DNA of 64,000 bases from Amphiscolops sp. MND2022 (GCA_964187785.1 OZ076409.1:30072001-30136000); one strand, 5' to 3'; counted from the first letter of the stretch, positions 1 to 12,645 are shown. Translations and numbers: made by a program. The notes: generated by a model from the letters alone, not told the origin.

Positions 1-21
1 AAAATTGTCCTTCGTCGATGC
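1..21 (-). CDS. TK1: Thymidine kinase exon 2 (partial, runs off window)
   Basis: After a 63-nt GT...TTTTAG intron (84..22) it reads G-I-D-E-G-Q-F, the TK1 IDEGQF motif. Confidence 0.85.
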
Positions 22-84
22 CTAAAACGATTTTTGAGCAATGGTTCAGATAAAAAAATGGAAAAGCAAGGTACCACAACTTAC

Positions 85-330
85 CTACAACGTCATATTG
101 CGACATTTTTTCGTAAAGTGCATCCAGTGTCAATGTCCCTCCCAATTGCTTCAAGTGATTGCCCGTCGTGAGACAACATGCGTGGAGCTGTATCTCAAGT
201 CACCTGCGTATTTGACCACGACGCAGGAGTTTTGACGATGACTATAACGTTTGACCCGTCTGAGAAGCTCAGTCGTTTTCCCGCTTAACATAGGGCCAAT
301 AATTGCTTCAATCGATCCGGATTTGTTCAT
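85..330 (-). CDS. TK1: Thymidine kinase (TK1-like) exon 1; contains two small indels (sequencing errors or pseudogene)
   Basis: ATG at 330 gives [29 protein letters not shown]...[12 protein letters not shown] (TK1 P-loop GPMxSGKxTEL). After a 2-nt deletion it continues HDGQSLEA, and after a 1-nt insertion [16 protein letters not shown], followed by a GTAAG donor at 84. Confidence 0.85.
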
Positions 331-599
331 TGCCTGTTTGCTGCAGAACTCCGCCCAACAGCGTTTATCGTCAAAAAGTGGTATGATAAAAGAAACGGTT
401 CGGTTTCTATTTGAGTCAGGTTTGGTTTTATCAATTCCCAGATCCCTTTGTTTCACTTCCAATAGACAACGTAGAAATGTTAAGTGATTCTTTGCTGATA
501 TTGATTACTAGGATGAATGGAAACTTGAAAGTTCAACTTGAATGGGAAGTTAGTTTGAGTTGTCAAGATAGTTTCAGTTTGTTTATATCACCAGACCAT

Positions 600-1545
600 T
601 CAATCTATCTTTCAATATACAGTACCATATTATAGGTCTAAAATAGTTAGGATCCGATGAGAACGGTCGTTTTGACTTACATTTGATCTATCTTCCATTA
701 TACATTACTATACTATATTTCTAATGTAACTAAGATTCAATGAACAAGGTCGTATCGGACTTATTTCCGATCTAATTTTCAATATACAGTTCCATTCTAT
801 AAGTCTAAAGTAAGTATGATTCGATGAACACTTTCGTATAGGACTTATATTCGATTTATCTTTCCGTATACAGCACAATACGATAGGACTAAAGTAGCTA
901 AGATTCAATGAACACAGCCGTATAGGAATTATATTCGATCTATCTTTCAATATGCAGTACCATTATATAGGTCTAAAGTAGCTAAGATTCGATGAACACG
1001 GTAGTATAGGACTTATATTCGATCTAACTTTCAATACGCAATACTATACTATAATTCTAAAGTAGCCAAGATTCGATGAACACGGTAGTATAGGACTTAT
1101 ATTCGATTTATCTTTCAATTGTCATTTATTCAATACAATACTATAGGTCTAAAGTAGCGATGATTTAACTAACACGATCGTATAAGTTTTATTATCGATC
1201 AATCTTTCAATATACAGTACCATACTGTAGGTCCAAAGTAGCTAAGATTTAATGAACAAAGTGGTGTAGGACTTATATTCGATCTATCTTCCAGTATACA
1301 GTACCATACTATAGGACTAAAGTAGCTGAGATTCTTTGAACACAGCCGTATAGGACTTTTTTTCGATGTATCTTTCAATATACAGTACCCTATATTAGGT
1401 CTAAAGTAGCTAAGATTTGATGAACACTTCCGTATAGGGCTTGTTTTCGATCTATCTTTCAATATACAGTACAATACTATACGACTAAAGTTGCTAAGAT
1501 TCAGTAACACAGTCGTATAGGACTTGTTTGATCTATCTTTCAACA
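600..1545. repeat. 84-bp minisatellite, ~11 diverged copies
   Basis: The GATCTATCTTTCAATATACAGTACC...GGTCTAAAGTAGCTAAGATTC motif recurs at 853, 937, 1021, 1105, 1281, 1365 and 1449. Confidence 0.9.
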
Positions 1546-1740
1546 AGTTTCGTTCGAATCGCGTGTGCAGATTTTGAGATGATCAGAAAATCCGAAATTG
1601 GCCGCTTTTTGGTCATTTTTGGTCTTGTTTTGGCTGTTTCTCACATCCCAGGTATACTATTTTGATGCCATTGCTCATGCGGCAACACCTTTGGATGTAG
1701 AATGACTGCCAATATTTATAAAAACCGTGTGGACCCTTAA
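1546..1740 (-). repeat. Diverged fragment of the 172-bp-repeat HINE family 1
   Basis: Reverse complement resembles the unit GGCATCAAAAT...GGGATGTGAGAAACAGCCAAAA...GATTCGAACGAAA. Confidence 0.7.
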
Positions 1741-2094
1741 AAAATTGATTTTTTAAATTCTCGCTCGAATGAAAAATTTTAATTCGGATATAACATCAAA
1801 TATTCAGATATAGCGCATTTGTTCTGTGGTACACGTTTTTTGGGAAACGATCTTATGCTACTGTAGAAAGTTGGTACATGTTTACAGGTCTTTGGCTGAA
1901 ATTATTATACGATTCTCATTCTTATTGAACTTTTATGGGTCCTAAGTAGAGATTATTCTCAGTCAGAAAAGGCATTGTAAACAAAACTTGACATATGTGT
2001 GAAAATGAACTTTAACCTTTCTGATGTAGAATATTTTCGGCGTGGGATCTCTAGGACACCTACGGCCGTTGAGAATTTGCATGTTTTAAGATTA

Positions 2095-2178
2095 GGGATT
2101 CATAATTGGCTCTAACGGATCAAGGATTCATAATTGGCTCTAACGGCCTCTCGAGGATTCATGATTGGCTCTAACCTC
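2095..2178. repeat. Short tandem repeat GGATTCATAATTGGCTCTAAC x3
   Basis: Three near-identical copies read directly. Confidence 0.85.
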
Positions 2179-3681
2179 CCCTTTCCTTACTACTGAGGTC
2201 TGCAATAATTTTGTTAAAAAACTACTGGCAATAAAATATTTCATTTCCATGAAACCTAAAATAATTGCAATCATTGAAAATTGTCGAGACAAAAATTTAT
2301 TCTTTGTCTGTACTTAGACACCTGTATTGTTGATTTTATTGAATTTGATAGGCTCATTAAAAGAAATTTTGTCCACGTGACTATGGCGCGCAGTATTTTC
2401 TGCGTGTAAATTGCTTTCGACGCTTTGAATATTCTACGATTTGAATCGTCCCCGGCCGTACCCTCTGACTGACGCAATGGAAGTAGTCTCACAAGCAGAC
2501 CGTCTAATAAGCAGACTACTCAAAAAGCAGAAAATTTAACCAAAACGTCACTTGTTTGACCAATCAGAAAATAGAATCACAAATCAATGAAATGAGTGCT
2601 GTTACAACCAATAGTTATAACTTGGTTTCGCTCCCATCGCCAAGTAGCAACATTGAGGCATGTCCATATGGCACGTCGCTTCGCTCCTGCATTTAGGGCA
2701 CTAGGGGTATGTGAATATAGCTGACGTTATAATGATAACTCTATTGACTGCTAATCTGACGAATTATTTAGTTCTAATCTGAAATTTCAACCGATAGGAA
2801 TCGAGTCTGCTCATTAGCACCAGTGTTGTTCATTTCTATTTTTTAAATAGATTTTTCAAAGGAAAAAGTTTTTTTATTCATAAAAGATCATATAAATTAT
2901 TGCATACTTTCAACACAAATCAAAACAGTATTTCAGACTAAAATTGCTATTCGCATTATGATCTAAGCTTAATGTTAACCATTGACAATCATGGAGTATT
3001 CATGTTATTCATGGAGTAAAATATTGAGCCCTTGGAAATGCCCTGTTTTCTTATAAATGAATACTTTAACTTGACTATTCTGAATAATAGTTATTAAAAC
3101 TTCCCAAAAATAGATCGACTTGACTCCCATCATTATCGCCGGGGTTCGATTCACATTGAGAGCACAGTTTCTCTTTATTTAAACTATTAAAATTCATATA
3201 AATGATTATTGCCTGAAATGAATCGCTTTTAAAGGTTGGAAAATTTATATGATCATTTAAATGATCCTTTATATTATCCTTTAATTGTACAATACTGATT
3301 AGCACGAATATTACTTTTTTGCTAGTTGACTGGTCTGCTTGTTAGACGCACTTCTGACGCATTATCGTATGAAATGCACGCTGCAAGCGACGTGTTTGCG
3401 TCTGGTTTAGTGAAGAGTCAGAAAATTTAGTATTGTGTTTTCTAGAAACTATTTATATACTTTGCAGAACAATAAATTATTTAAAGTATCAAAGCGTTGA
3501 AAGTAAATTAGTTCTTAATATTTTTGCAATTAATTAAAAATAAAGTATTTTTTAACATCCCTGGTCCAAATGGTGTCATTGAATGCAATATGGATATATG
3601 GGTAAAAAAATGTTTTTTAATCACATATATACATGAGCATACGGGAAGCTGCTCGTTTTCCATCATTCAGCATAGTTTTTT

Positions 3682-4720
3682 TAGGAGTCGGAAAAAATTT
3701 TCGACTACTTATGCAATCGTGCTGTTTTTTTTTGTTTTTTTTCTCCCGACCTTTTCATGAAAATTTCAAATTTCTCAAAAACTGTCCATACGATTTTCAC
3801 GAAATTTTGCACAGTCATTCTACACCCAAAGGGGCCCCTGCGTGTGCAAAGGCATCAAAATCGTATGGCTGGGATGTGAGAAACATAGCCAAAATTAGCC
3901 CAAAAATGGCCAAAAAACAGACATTTTTCGACTTTTTTCGATTTTCTCAAAAACTGTCCATACGATTCGAACGAAATTTTCTACAGTTATTCTACACCAT
4001 ATTAGAGTCCTATATGTGCAATGGCATCAAAATCGTATGGCTGGGATGTGGGAAACATAGCCAAAATTAGCCCAAAAATGGCCAAAAAACAGCCATTTTT
4101 CGACTTTTTTCGATTTTCTCAAAAACTGTCCATACGATTCGAACGACATTTTCTACAGTTATTCTACACCATATTAGAGTCCTATATGTGCAATGGCATC
4201 AAAATCGTATGGCTGGGATGTGGGAAACATAGCCAAAATTAACCCAAAAATGGCCAAAAAACAGCCATTTTTCGACTTTTTTCGGTTTTCTCAAAAACTG
4301 TCCATACGATTCGAACGAAATTTTCTACAGTTATTCTACACCATATTAGAGTCCTATATGTGCAATGGCATCAAAATCGTATGGCTGGGATGTGAGAAAC
4401 ATAGCCAAAATTAGCCCAAAAATGGCCAAAAAACAGCCATTTTTCGACTTTTTTCGCTTTTCTCAAAAACTGTCCATACGATTCGAACGAAATTTTCTAC
4501 AGTTATTCTACACCATATTAGAGTCCTATATGTGCAATTTCATTAAATTCGTATGGCTGGGATGTGAGAAACATAGCCAAATTTAGCCCCAAAATGGCCA
4601 AAAAAACAGCCATTTTTAGATTTTTTCGATTTTCTCACAAACTGTTCATACGATTCGAACGAAAGCGAGTCAGAAGGAAAAAGACTTACGCCGACTCCTT
4701 TACCGCATATGCGGCTCTGG
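3682..4720 (+). mobile_element. Non-autonomous Helentron/DINE-1-like element (HINE family 1) with an internal 172-bp tandem array
   Basis: 5' subTIR AGGAGTCGG with a short hairpin; 3' subTIR CCGACTCCT (4691) followed by hairpin CCGCATATGCGG and CTCTGG; T-runs on both flanks and no TSD; 172-bp period (ORF starts 4021, 4193, 4365). Confidence 0.75.
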
Positions 4721-6472
4721 TTTTAGTTTGAAATGGGATCTTTCTGGAGCTTGCACTCATTTAATAATTGAAGATTGTTCGGATACTGTTTTTGAGCAAG
4801 TATATCCCCAGTCTAATGCTGAACCAGTACATTGGAGAAATGGATGTTTTTAAATATTCTTAAAAGATCTCAAGTTTTGCTTTTATTGCCAGTAGTAAAT
4901 ATGAGAGCCGATCTGGGTGGGTGCATGGGGACCTCCAACGGAATTCATGGCGCAGTCAAAAAAGAAACGAAGAAATTCACGAGTCAACGACGCTCCGGGT
5001 CTTTTCTACAAGTAGGGAAAATTTGTTCTATTCGGAATAATCAAATACGATCTTAACCTTCAACTTGGAAATGTGGTGACTCGAAAAGGTTTGTTTCCGG
5101 TCTTGCGCGAGAGCAATTTTCACGGATATTTGTCAGCCAGGCTTTTGCCAAAGTTTTGCTGCTATGCTATTATCTTACAGGAACAGTGGCGCCGACTCCA
5201 AATCAAGATTGTAGAAGAACATTCTTTTCCTGCTGAAAGATCCTCATCAATGCTTAATACAGCTGCTCTGATTTCTGAAATTTTTTATCCTGCTAGAGAC
5301 AGTGTGAGAGAACAGCTTTCAGTCTCATCATTGGTTTTCAATCTCAGCTATGACTGCGACGAAAGAATGTTTTTGCCGGGTTCATAGCTCAGAGACCCAG
5401 TTTCACGAAACTTTGTATGCAGTCACCGGAATCAGCTTTCAGGGAAACTTGTTGCCGGCTAGAATTTTTTCGGTTCTATTGACCTTACTGTTTTTTGACA
5501 GTCTAATTTTCATACTAAGGCGATGGAAAATATATATTTACTATGTTTTCAGCATACTATTTTCAACGTGTACATCAGCTACAATAAAACTTGTTTACCG
5601 TAGCACTGATTTCCTTTTCGCTTCAAAATTCTTGACATGTTTTTGTTCAGGAGTTTTCCTACGTTGAAACTTTATCCTCTTCTCCGTTCATTAGACTGAA
5701 AAATTGTTTTACGTATGACTGGAAGACTCTTCGTTCATAAAAAACTCATAATATGAATCTGAACTCATATGAACAGCTGTTGGGTGTCTTTTACATTTGG
5801 ACAAATGAAACTTTATATATACAAAATACACTTGCTCAAGTAATTAGAGGTTGTTTTCTCAAAAAGAGTGTATTAGTTTCAATATTCACAAGCAAAAAGA
5901 TAACACAGAACAAAAATGGTAACAATTGAGTAATGAGATTTTTTCTCAAAAGGAGTGTATTAATTTCAATAATCACAAGCAAAATGATAACACAGAACAA
6001 ATATTGTAAAATGATTGTTGTATTCGTGTTATTCAACACATGAACATATTAGGATGAATATAAATGAATAACAAGGTCAAACTGGTAAATCTTAATCCAT
6101 AAGAAAGAGTTAATGACTTTTTTGTTTTTGTTTCATTTCTAGCTCAGCATTTCACAAACAATTTTATTGCATGTATGGATAAACAAATGGTGAAGTGAGA
6201 CGCAACATAGACTAAACATCACAAGAAAGACATTGAGCACACAAGAAAAATACATAAGCACACAACATCTGAAATTACGCTGCTATTGTTTTGCACATGT
6301 GAGAAGGTATTCACACAAAATGAAAAACTAACATCGAATTCACTTGAAAACGTTGTAGAAAATAGGAATAGAGTATTACATTGAACTGGTTACGCATTAT
6401 GTTGAATTTCAGTCCATGAAAGTAAATAATTTTCAACAGTGAAGTTTGGATGAAAAGGGACACTTCAATTTC

Positions 6473-9400
6473 TCAAATATCCAAGGGATCCGTGTGAATC
6501 ACGTCCGGTAACAACTTTCGCTTGGGACAAAAGAACGATAAGCCTTTCTTCGAATGTTCATAAGTATAAACAGCTTGATTTCTTGCTCTGAATCCTCTGT
6601 TGGTTGAACCAATATTCGTCGCGTTGTCCAAAACTTTTCTGTATTTGTGAAGAGGACCAACGGATGAGTCGTTCAAAAAATGTTTGTTCAATCCTCTACT
6701 GCTGAATTTAATCTTCTTGGTATCTGAATTGTAGCAACAGTATGTTTTGGTACACAAACAAATCATTTCTGTAGCTCGAAACTCTTCTTTGAAGAAACCT
6801 GGCTCCCGTTTATCAAGCTTGCCGTGTAGTACAACATGTCCTGGGGAAACAATTTCCGCTGCTGTCAGCCTCAAATTCATCAATGCAGTCGTCTTTTCTG
6901 ATGCCTGGCCATTCTTCGGCCTTCTTTTGTGTAATGCAATCAGAAATGTTGTTTTCTGCTAGTGCTAAATAGAGTGAGTCTGTGTCCATTTCTATTTCTT
7001 CGAACTTGCTTTGGTCGCAGTGTTTTTGGAAGAAGTTGTAGTAAAGCTCCAACATTCTTAGATTTGCATATTGAAGTATGAAGAAACCAACAACGATTGG
7101 TTCCCGGTGTTCTATTTGTGCTTTAACTAGCTCGACTTCATAGAGAGAATCGTCAATGTAACGGAGTTGCTTGAAAAAAGTACTGACAGCACGGTTTGTC
7201 TTTACTTCATCCAAGTATTTCGTTTCTGTATGTTTGCTACGGTCCATAATTTGGTACCCATAAGAGCTATTACTCAACAGCTTCATAGTCTCAGCAATCA
7301 CTGTAGACTTTTTGTTTTGATCACCGAGTCGTCGGGCCTCAACAACTGATTTAACAAACCCTTTGAAACAATTTCGTGGAAGATATTCAACAAATCTGTG
7401 AATGTTTGTACACTCAAGTCCGAGGCTCATATAGAAATTGAAAAACGGAGTGATCACGCATCCATTTTCCAAATGATAGCTGGAAATCAGCATTTTGCTA
7501 GGTTGTAGCAAGCCATGTTTCTCAGCATATGTCTTCATGTACTCGCCAATATCGTCTCTACTAACGAAAGAATTCTTGAAAATTGGAGGGAAATGCTTGA
7601 AGGCATTTCGCAGACGTTTGGGAACTGACAAGTCACATTGAACATAACCAAAGAGAGTATTATTTTTGATCTCTTGCGTGATTTGGTGTTCCGACAGAGG
7701 TTTGCGATATGGAAAGTTTCTCTTCATCCTTTCTCTGATATCCTTTTCTTCTTTAACTCGTTTCCACCAAAGACATTCCCAAACTTCCACCACTTTGAAT
7801 CCTTTTCCGAGGATATACTTGTTTCGCTCCGCATCATAGGTTTTACGCTCTTTCCAACCTTTCCGAATTTCGATACTTATTTCCTTCTCTTTCTGACAAT
7901 CACAACCATGATAAAAGCACCCCATAGCTTCAAAGACCGTTTGACAATGTCCACAGAATCGGTCGACGCTGAAGTTTTCGATTTTGTGTTGTTTTCCGGT
8001 AGTATAGATACTTTCAGTTGTACATTAAGGCCGAGCATTTTGGAAATGATCCATCACCATGTTCTCAAATCGTCGTCTACGATTTTGGAGAGGTTTGAAT
8101 TTGCCCAACTTAGCATCAGTTTCCCATCTAGTGTACAACCTAGTGGGCATTTCCTGTCACAGGGAGAACGGATAGAGTTGACTAGCGTCTATTCCTACGA
8201 TGGTTCTACACAAATTATCTGTGAATCGAATTTTAGTTTTGCCCACTATTGCTTCACGTGTGAGAACAATAGAAGGTCCTCCCACCATATCAAACCTGAT
8301 TTTCTCCAAAAGATTTTCATCGTTTCTAGTGAATGGGTAAAACTTTGCTGTTGTTGAAGAGTGTAGATAAATAATTGCTAGATTTGGGAGAGTGTAGCCA
8401 AGTTTCAACATTTCTATTTTGCGCTCATGATAGAATTTCATCAATTTTTTTTACAAGGCTCCGAGCGTCGGAACAACATCCTTGTTGTTGTACCACTTGA
8501 GGAAATCTTTGAATGTTCTCATGTTTTCTGACCTCCAGATCTCCAGCTGTAGTTTTCTGTTTATGTGAGGAGCAGTATACATTTTCAATTCTATCAAGGC
8601 TTCTTGTTTAGTATGGCCACTGAAAAGTAGTTTTTCAAAACGAATATAGTCCGCTTCAAGCGGATTGTGATTTCGAAGTTTGTTGAAGAAAGCATTGTAT
8701 GGTGGCAGTGTTTCATGATCAAGTTTTGATGGACAGTCGAACCAATCATAGGGGAAAAAACCTTTCGTCTCGGAAGTATCATATGCCAAAAAGAATCCAG
8801 GTTGGTGGGGCCTCCGATGAAGTTCAGTATATCCATAATTTGAACGTTTCCAAACTTGAAAGATATGAATTGATTTGTTTTTTTGATTACGCGGGGCTCC
8901 GACTTTTTTCGTTGATAAGAATAGGAATAAGATAAGATTTGATGAGATTGAGATCATATCTAGAACTGTTGAAACCAAAAACAGGCAATGTTGATATATA
9001 CTCTTCCAAACTTTTCTGCAGATCAAGTAAGTTTTTCTTCTTTTTGTTCGAAAACTTCATGCTAAATTCCGAAGGAGAAAGAGAAAAGTTTTTAGTTCCT
9101 TCTGTTTGATCAGAAGGCAACATTGCATCAGATAAACTTGCTATTTTATCACATAAAGCAGTTGATACATCTTTGAAAAGCATTCGCATATCTTTTTCAC
9201 TTTTAGCGGCCAATGTCTGTAGAGCATCCACAAAGTGTTCTACTAGTTTTCTTGGTTCAGACTTGCATATGAAAATAGGTTTGTAGAGCAAATTGGATGA
9301 AATTGACACTGAAATGGGTTCATGCCTACCTACCCATGTGGTCAGATTGTTTTCGACAGAGTTGTTTTCAGCAACGCAGATAGATTCAAAATCGAAAACT

Positions 9401-11082
9401 GCCAGATTGTCAAAAAGACGAATGTTTTCAGGCACTAATATATCAAACTGGGAAAGTTTTTCGAATACTGTCTCTTTCAAACTATATGCGGAGCAAGGGT
9501 ATTTGTTTTTCACCAACTTATCACAAACTGGAGAATGTCGACGCAAGTTTGAATGCTTTGAGAAAAACTTGTTGCAATTATCACATCGGAAGGAATTGGA
9601 AACACCGTTGATATCCTTCGTGTAACAAATGTGATTATTATACCTCAGGAGTTTGATGCTCTTAGAGTATTTGTTTATACTCCGATGTGATAACACACCA
9701 ATTAGTTTTTCGTTATCGAGTTCGATATCGTATATGCTGATATTCAACTCCGTTAGATCTTCAATATCTTTGACAGATTCCAAATTTATACCTTGGATTT
9801 CCGCAACATCTATTTTACTATGTTCAACAAATCGATGGAAAAGATTTGCAGTCTGCTCCTCCAAGTTGTTGTTGCTTCTTAGGTGGAAAGATACAGCTCT
9901 CAGTAAACAAAAGCAATCTTCATACAATTGTTTCGAAGAATTGCTCATCAGAGAATTCATCTTTTTTCTAATGATGCATCTTGGTATCTCCAGGCTGCAG
10001 CAACCCATAGGAACTTCCTCGAGAGTTGAAGCAAAAACTGTCATGTTTGTTGCAAAGGCGAATTTCCATTTTGTATTTGGCCGTTCTCGAGTTGCACTTT
10101 CAACAAAATCAGTCAGAGACAGTTCCGTAATGATATTGTTCAGGTCTTCTCCATTGCTCAAAATGCGAGCTGTGTTGAAAACTAGTGAATTTTCATGAGC
10201 ATAATAGTAACGATAATCACCAGTCTCTATTTTGCGGAGGACAAAACCCAAGCTGATATTCAAATTGGCTTCATTGTCAAGTTTGGAAAAGACTGTTCGG
10301 AGCTTATCAACTATCAGTTACGGATTCAATTCAGCTACAGCAAAGTTGAAGACCTTATGTTTCCCTCGAAACGATTCTGAGTCAATAAGAAAGTGCTTCA
10401 CACTGTTGAGTTCGTCCCGAAGTTCTTGATTTGCTTGATCGCCCATGATTGTGTCAAAGTCAATTTCGATGGGAACGGATTCGGAGGTCTGTTCCTTGAT
10501 CTTGTGAAGAGTCTCTTTTACATGCGAAGTGTGTTGAAGCTGTGAAAGTTGAGCTTACACTCACTGCATGTGTTTATTTGAGGAAACTGCAAGAAATTAT
10601 TGAGAGGTTTTTTCACGTTTTTGCACATGACGGAGTCAATGTGCATTGCAGTCCAGCTAAGTAAGTTTTTTTTCCACTATAGTCAACTTCATAATGAGCG
10701 CTTTTTAGAAAAACGCCAAAACCCCAGAGAGATTCGAACCTGCAGCCTCCCGATTGCACGGCATAAGTGTTGACCACTGTGCCATAGGGACGTTATTGAA
10801 CAAAGTTGAACTGTTGAATATATACGCATGCGATTAAAATAATATATATACACATATTGAAATAATCGGAGTCTTCGTCATGTGTTGCGAAGCACCGCTT
10901 CGCCTCTGTGTTGACTTTGTGATAATTCAGTTTCTTCTCAGTTTTCGCAGCAAATTTAGGACATTCTGGACAAAAAAGAATGCCATTTTTACATGATTTT
11001 TCTGGCGTGAAATGTGTTTTCTAATCAGTTTTTTCCCACAGTTATCGCTTTCAATTGATTTGTTTCTATCAAGCGACGGCAT
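6473..11082 (-). pseudogene. Protein-primed family B DNA polymerase (Polinton pPolB), left copy; frameshifted and interrupted by a HINE
   Basis: Split over ORFs 8887-10263, 8451-9026, 8157-8444, 6813-7925 and 6473-6883. Exonuclease motifs VFDFES, GFNSSRYD, WYNNKDV. Polymerase motifs GGP...IDASQLYP, KLLSNSSYG, EMDTDSLY. N-terminal C2H2 fingers. Confidence 0.9.
10622..10910 (+). mobile_element. HINE family 2 (~290 bp, tRNA-like core) inserted into the left pPolB
   Basis: subTIR CACATGACG/CGTCATGTG, 5' hairpin TGCACAT..ATGTGCA, 3' hairpin GCGAAGC-ACC-GCTTCGC then CTCTGTG. Absent from the right arm (empty T-run site near 14285). Other copies at 31753 and 33308. Confidence 0.8.
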
Positions 11083-12365
11083 TTCCAGACAAGAATGTTA
11101 GTCTTCTTCACCAAACTACAAGCATACGGTAATTCTCGTTTCATTCACTGGCTTGAGGGAAATACTGCCGAACTGTTGTTAGAGTGGGTCGTGGTACAGA
11201 GTGACAGCTGATTGAGCGTCCTGTTTATCGCTCTTCTCAAACAATTTTGAGGTTTTTCATAATTTCCCATCTCGAAAAACCCATCACAGGAAAAAAATGA
11301 ATTTCAAAGGACTCTTAAATAGTTTTTGGTTTTTCAGTGCCATAATACGCGATCGCTAGTTTTTCAACCTTTCAAATACCTTACATCAATTATACTGCTT
11401 TTAAAACGATCTTCATAGCTTTTCAGTAGCATGGAGAAATATCAACAACAGGATATTGCTGATAAGCGTGGTGTCAATGAGATTTAATCCGCAATTGAGC
11501 TCTAAAATCAGAGTGATTAGATCGTAATGTGAATTTGAAATGTGAAATCCACTATTAAACGGTAGTTAGCAATATTTATCACATCGACAAAACTGATGCC
11601 AATGATTGAGTAGGTGTGAATATTCGCAGTTATTTGACAAATCCACTATAATTCTTGTTGAAAATTATGTAATTGTAGTAAACAGACTAACAACAACGTC
11701 TAGTTTTGAGGTCTTGAAAGAGACGCCGACAGGAATGTTTCTCATTGTTCATTACACCGCAGTAGTCTCACAGTCTCACTTGCGTGGAGCGTGTCTGCTA
11801 AGGACTTTCCTATGAGTCAGTTCAATAAAACAAGATGCACGTTTGCTTTTGGTGAAAATGTGCCAGCGTGGTACTTGAAAGTGTCGCCGACGGTTTGTAA
11901 TCAGTTGCGTTCTTGGTTAATCTCGATCAGATTGCGTGCGCGTGGGGCACAGTACTTAAAATTCTTTGAAGTTATGGTTTTCTTTTATCGTGTCTTTGTA
12001 ATTGACATAACGTAAACAAGAATTTCACGCAGAGTAGACATAAAAGGGACACCGACGTTTTGCAAATGAGTTTGAATTGTCGATTGCAACATGTTTCTCA
12101 GTTGAATGTGCAAAATCGTACCAATAACACTTGAGGTTGCTTCGTACAGGAGTGTCGAACTGATTTTGTACTGTTTCCATGCTTGTGGACATGTTTACTT
12201 TAGTCTTCCCTAATACTTTTTCAACCTAAATTTATCTTTCCACATAAAATTTTTATGGTTTTCTACAGTAATGTGCAACAAGTTTCATGAAGTATTTTGA
12301 TGACATTGAGTTGCAGTGACTGTTTGACGTGAAATATACATCTCAATGATGAATACCCCCACAAT

Positions 12366-12645
12366 ATGCAGTAATTCATCAGTGAGAGACTAGCTGAGCA
12401 TGATAAGATATAAATCCTCAATTTTTGAAGTAACATTTAGTTTGACGTTATCAAACCATTCTTGTAACAACGAAATGCAGTGAATCATCAGTGAGGGAGT
12501 AGCTGAGCAGGATTATATATATACTTTTGAATATATATATATATTTTTGAAGAAAGATTTCGGTTGACGCTATCAAACATTGTTATTTTCCGAGTCAAAC
12601 GATGAAACAAGACTAGAATTGGTTCCAGAAACCTAAAACACGGCA
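12366..12645. other. Central non-palindromic spacer of the foldback Polinton, with two diverged ~110-bp direct repeats
   Basis: Arm symmetry stops at CCCCCACAAT (12365) and ATTGTGGGGG (12646). ATGCAGT..TCATCAGTGAG..TAGCTGAGCA...TTGACG.TATCAAAC occurs twice (12366, 12475). Confidence 0.8.

Noticed and set aside
1..330. Thymidine kinase as viral cargo of the neighbouring PolB element
   Set aside because: It lies 4.5 kb outside the TSD-bounded element and has a spliceosomal intron, so it is a host gene.
600..1545. Regular 84-bp repeats as a CRISPR array
   Set aside because: The whole unit repeats with no unique spacers; eukaryotic context and no cas genes.
3633..4586. Repeated ORFs MASKSYGWDV... 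(also at 34271 and 37623-41851)
   Set aside because: They arise from the 172-bp tandem unit, which is not a multiple of 3; no protein signature.
7638..10429. Long antisense ORFs (7638-8357, 9653-10198, 16597-17100)
   Set aside because: Shadows of the pPolB reading frame on the opposite strand.
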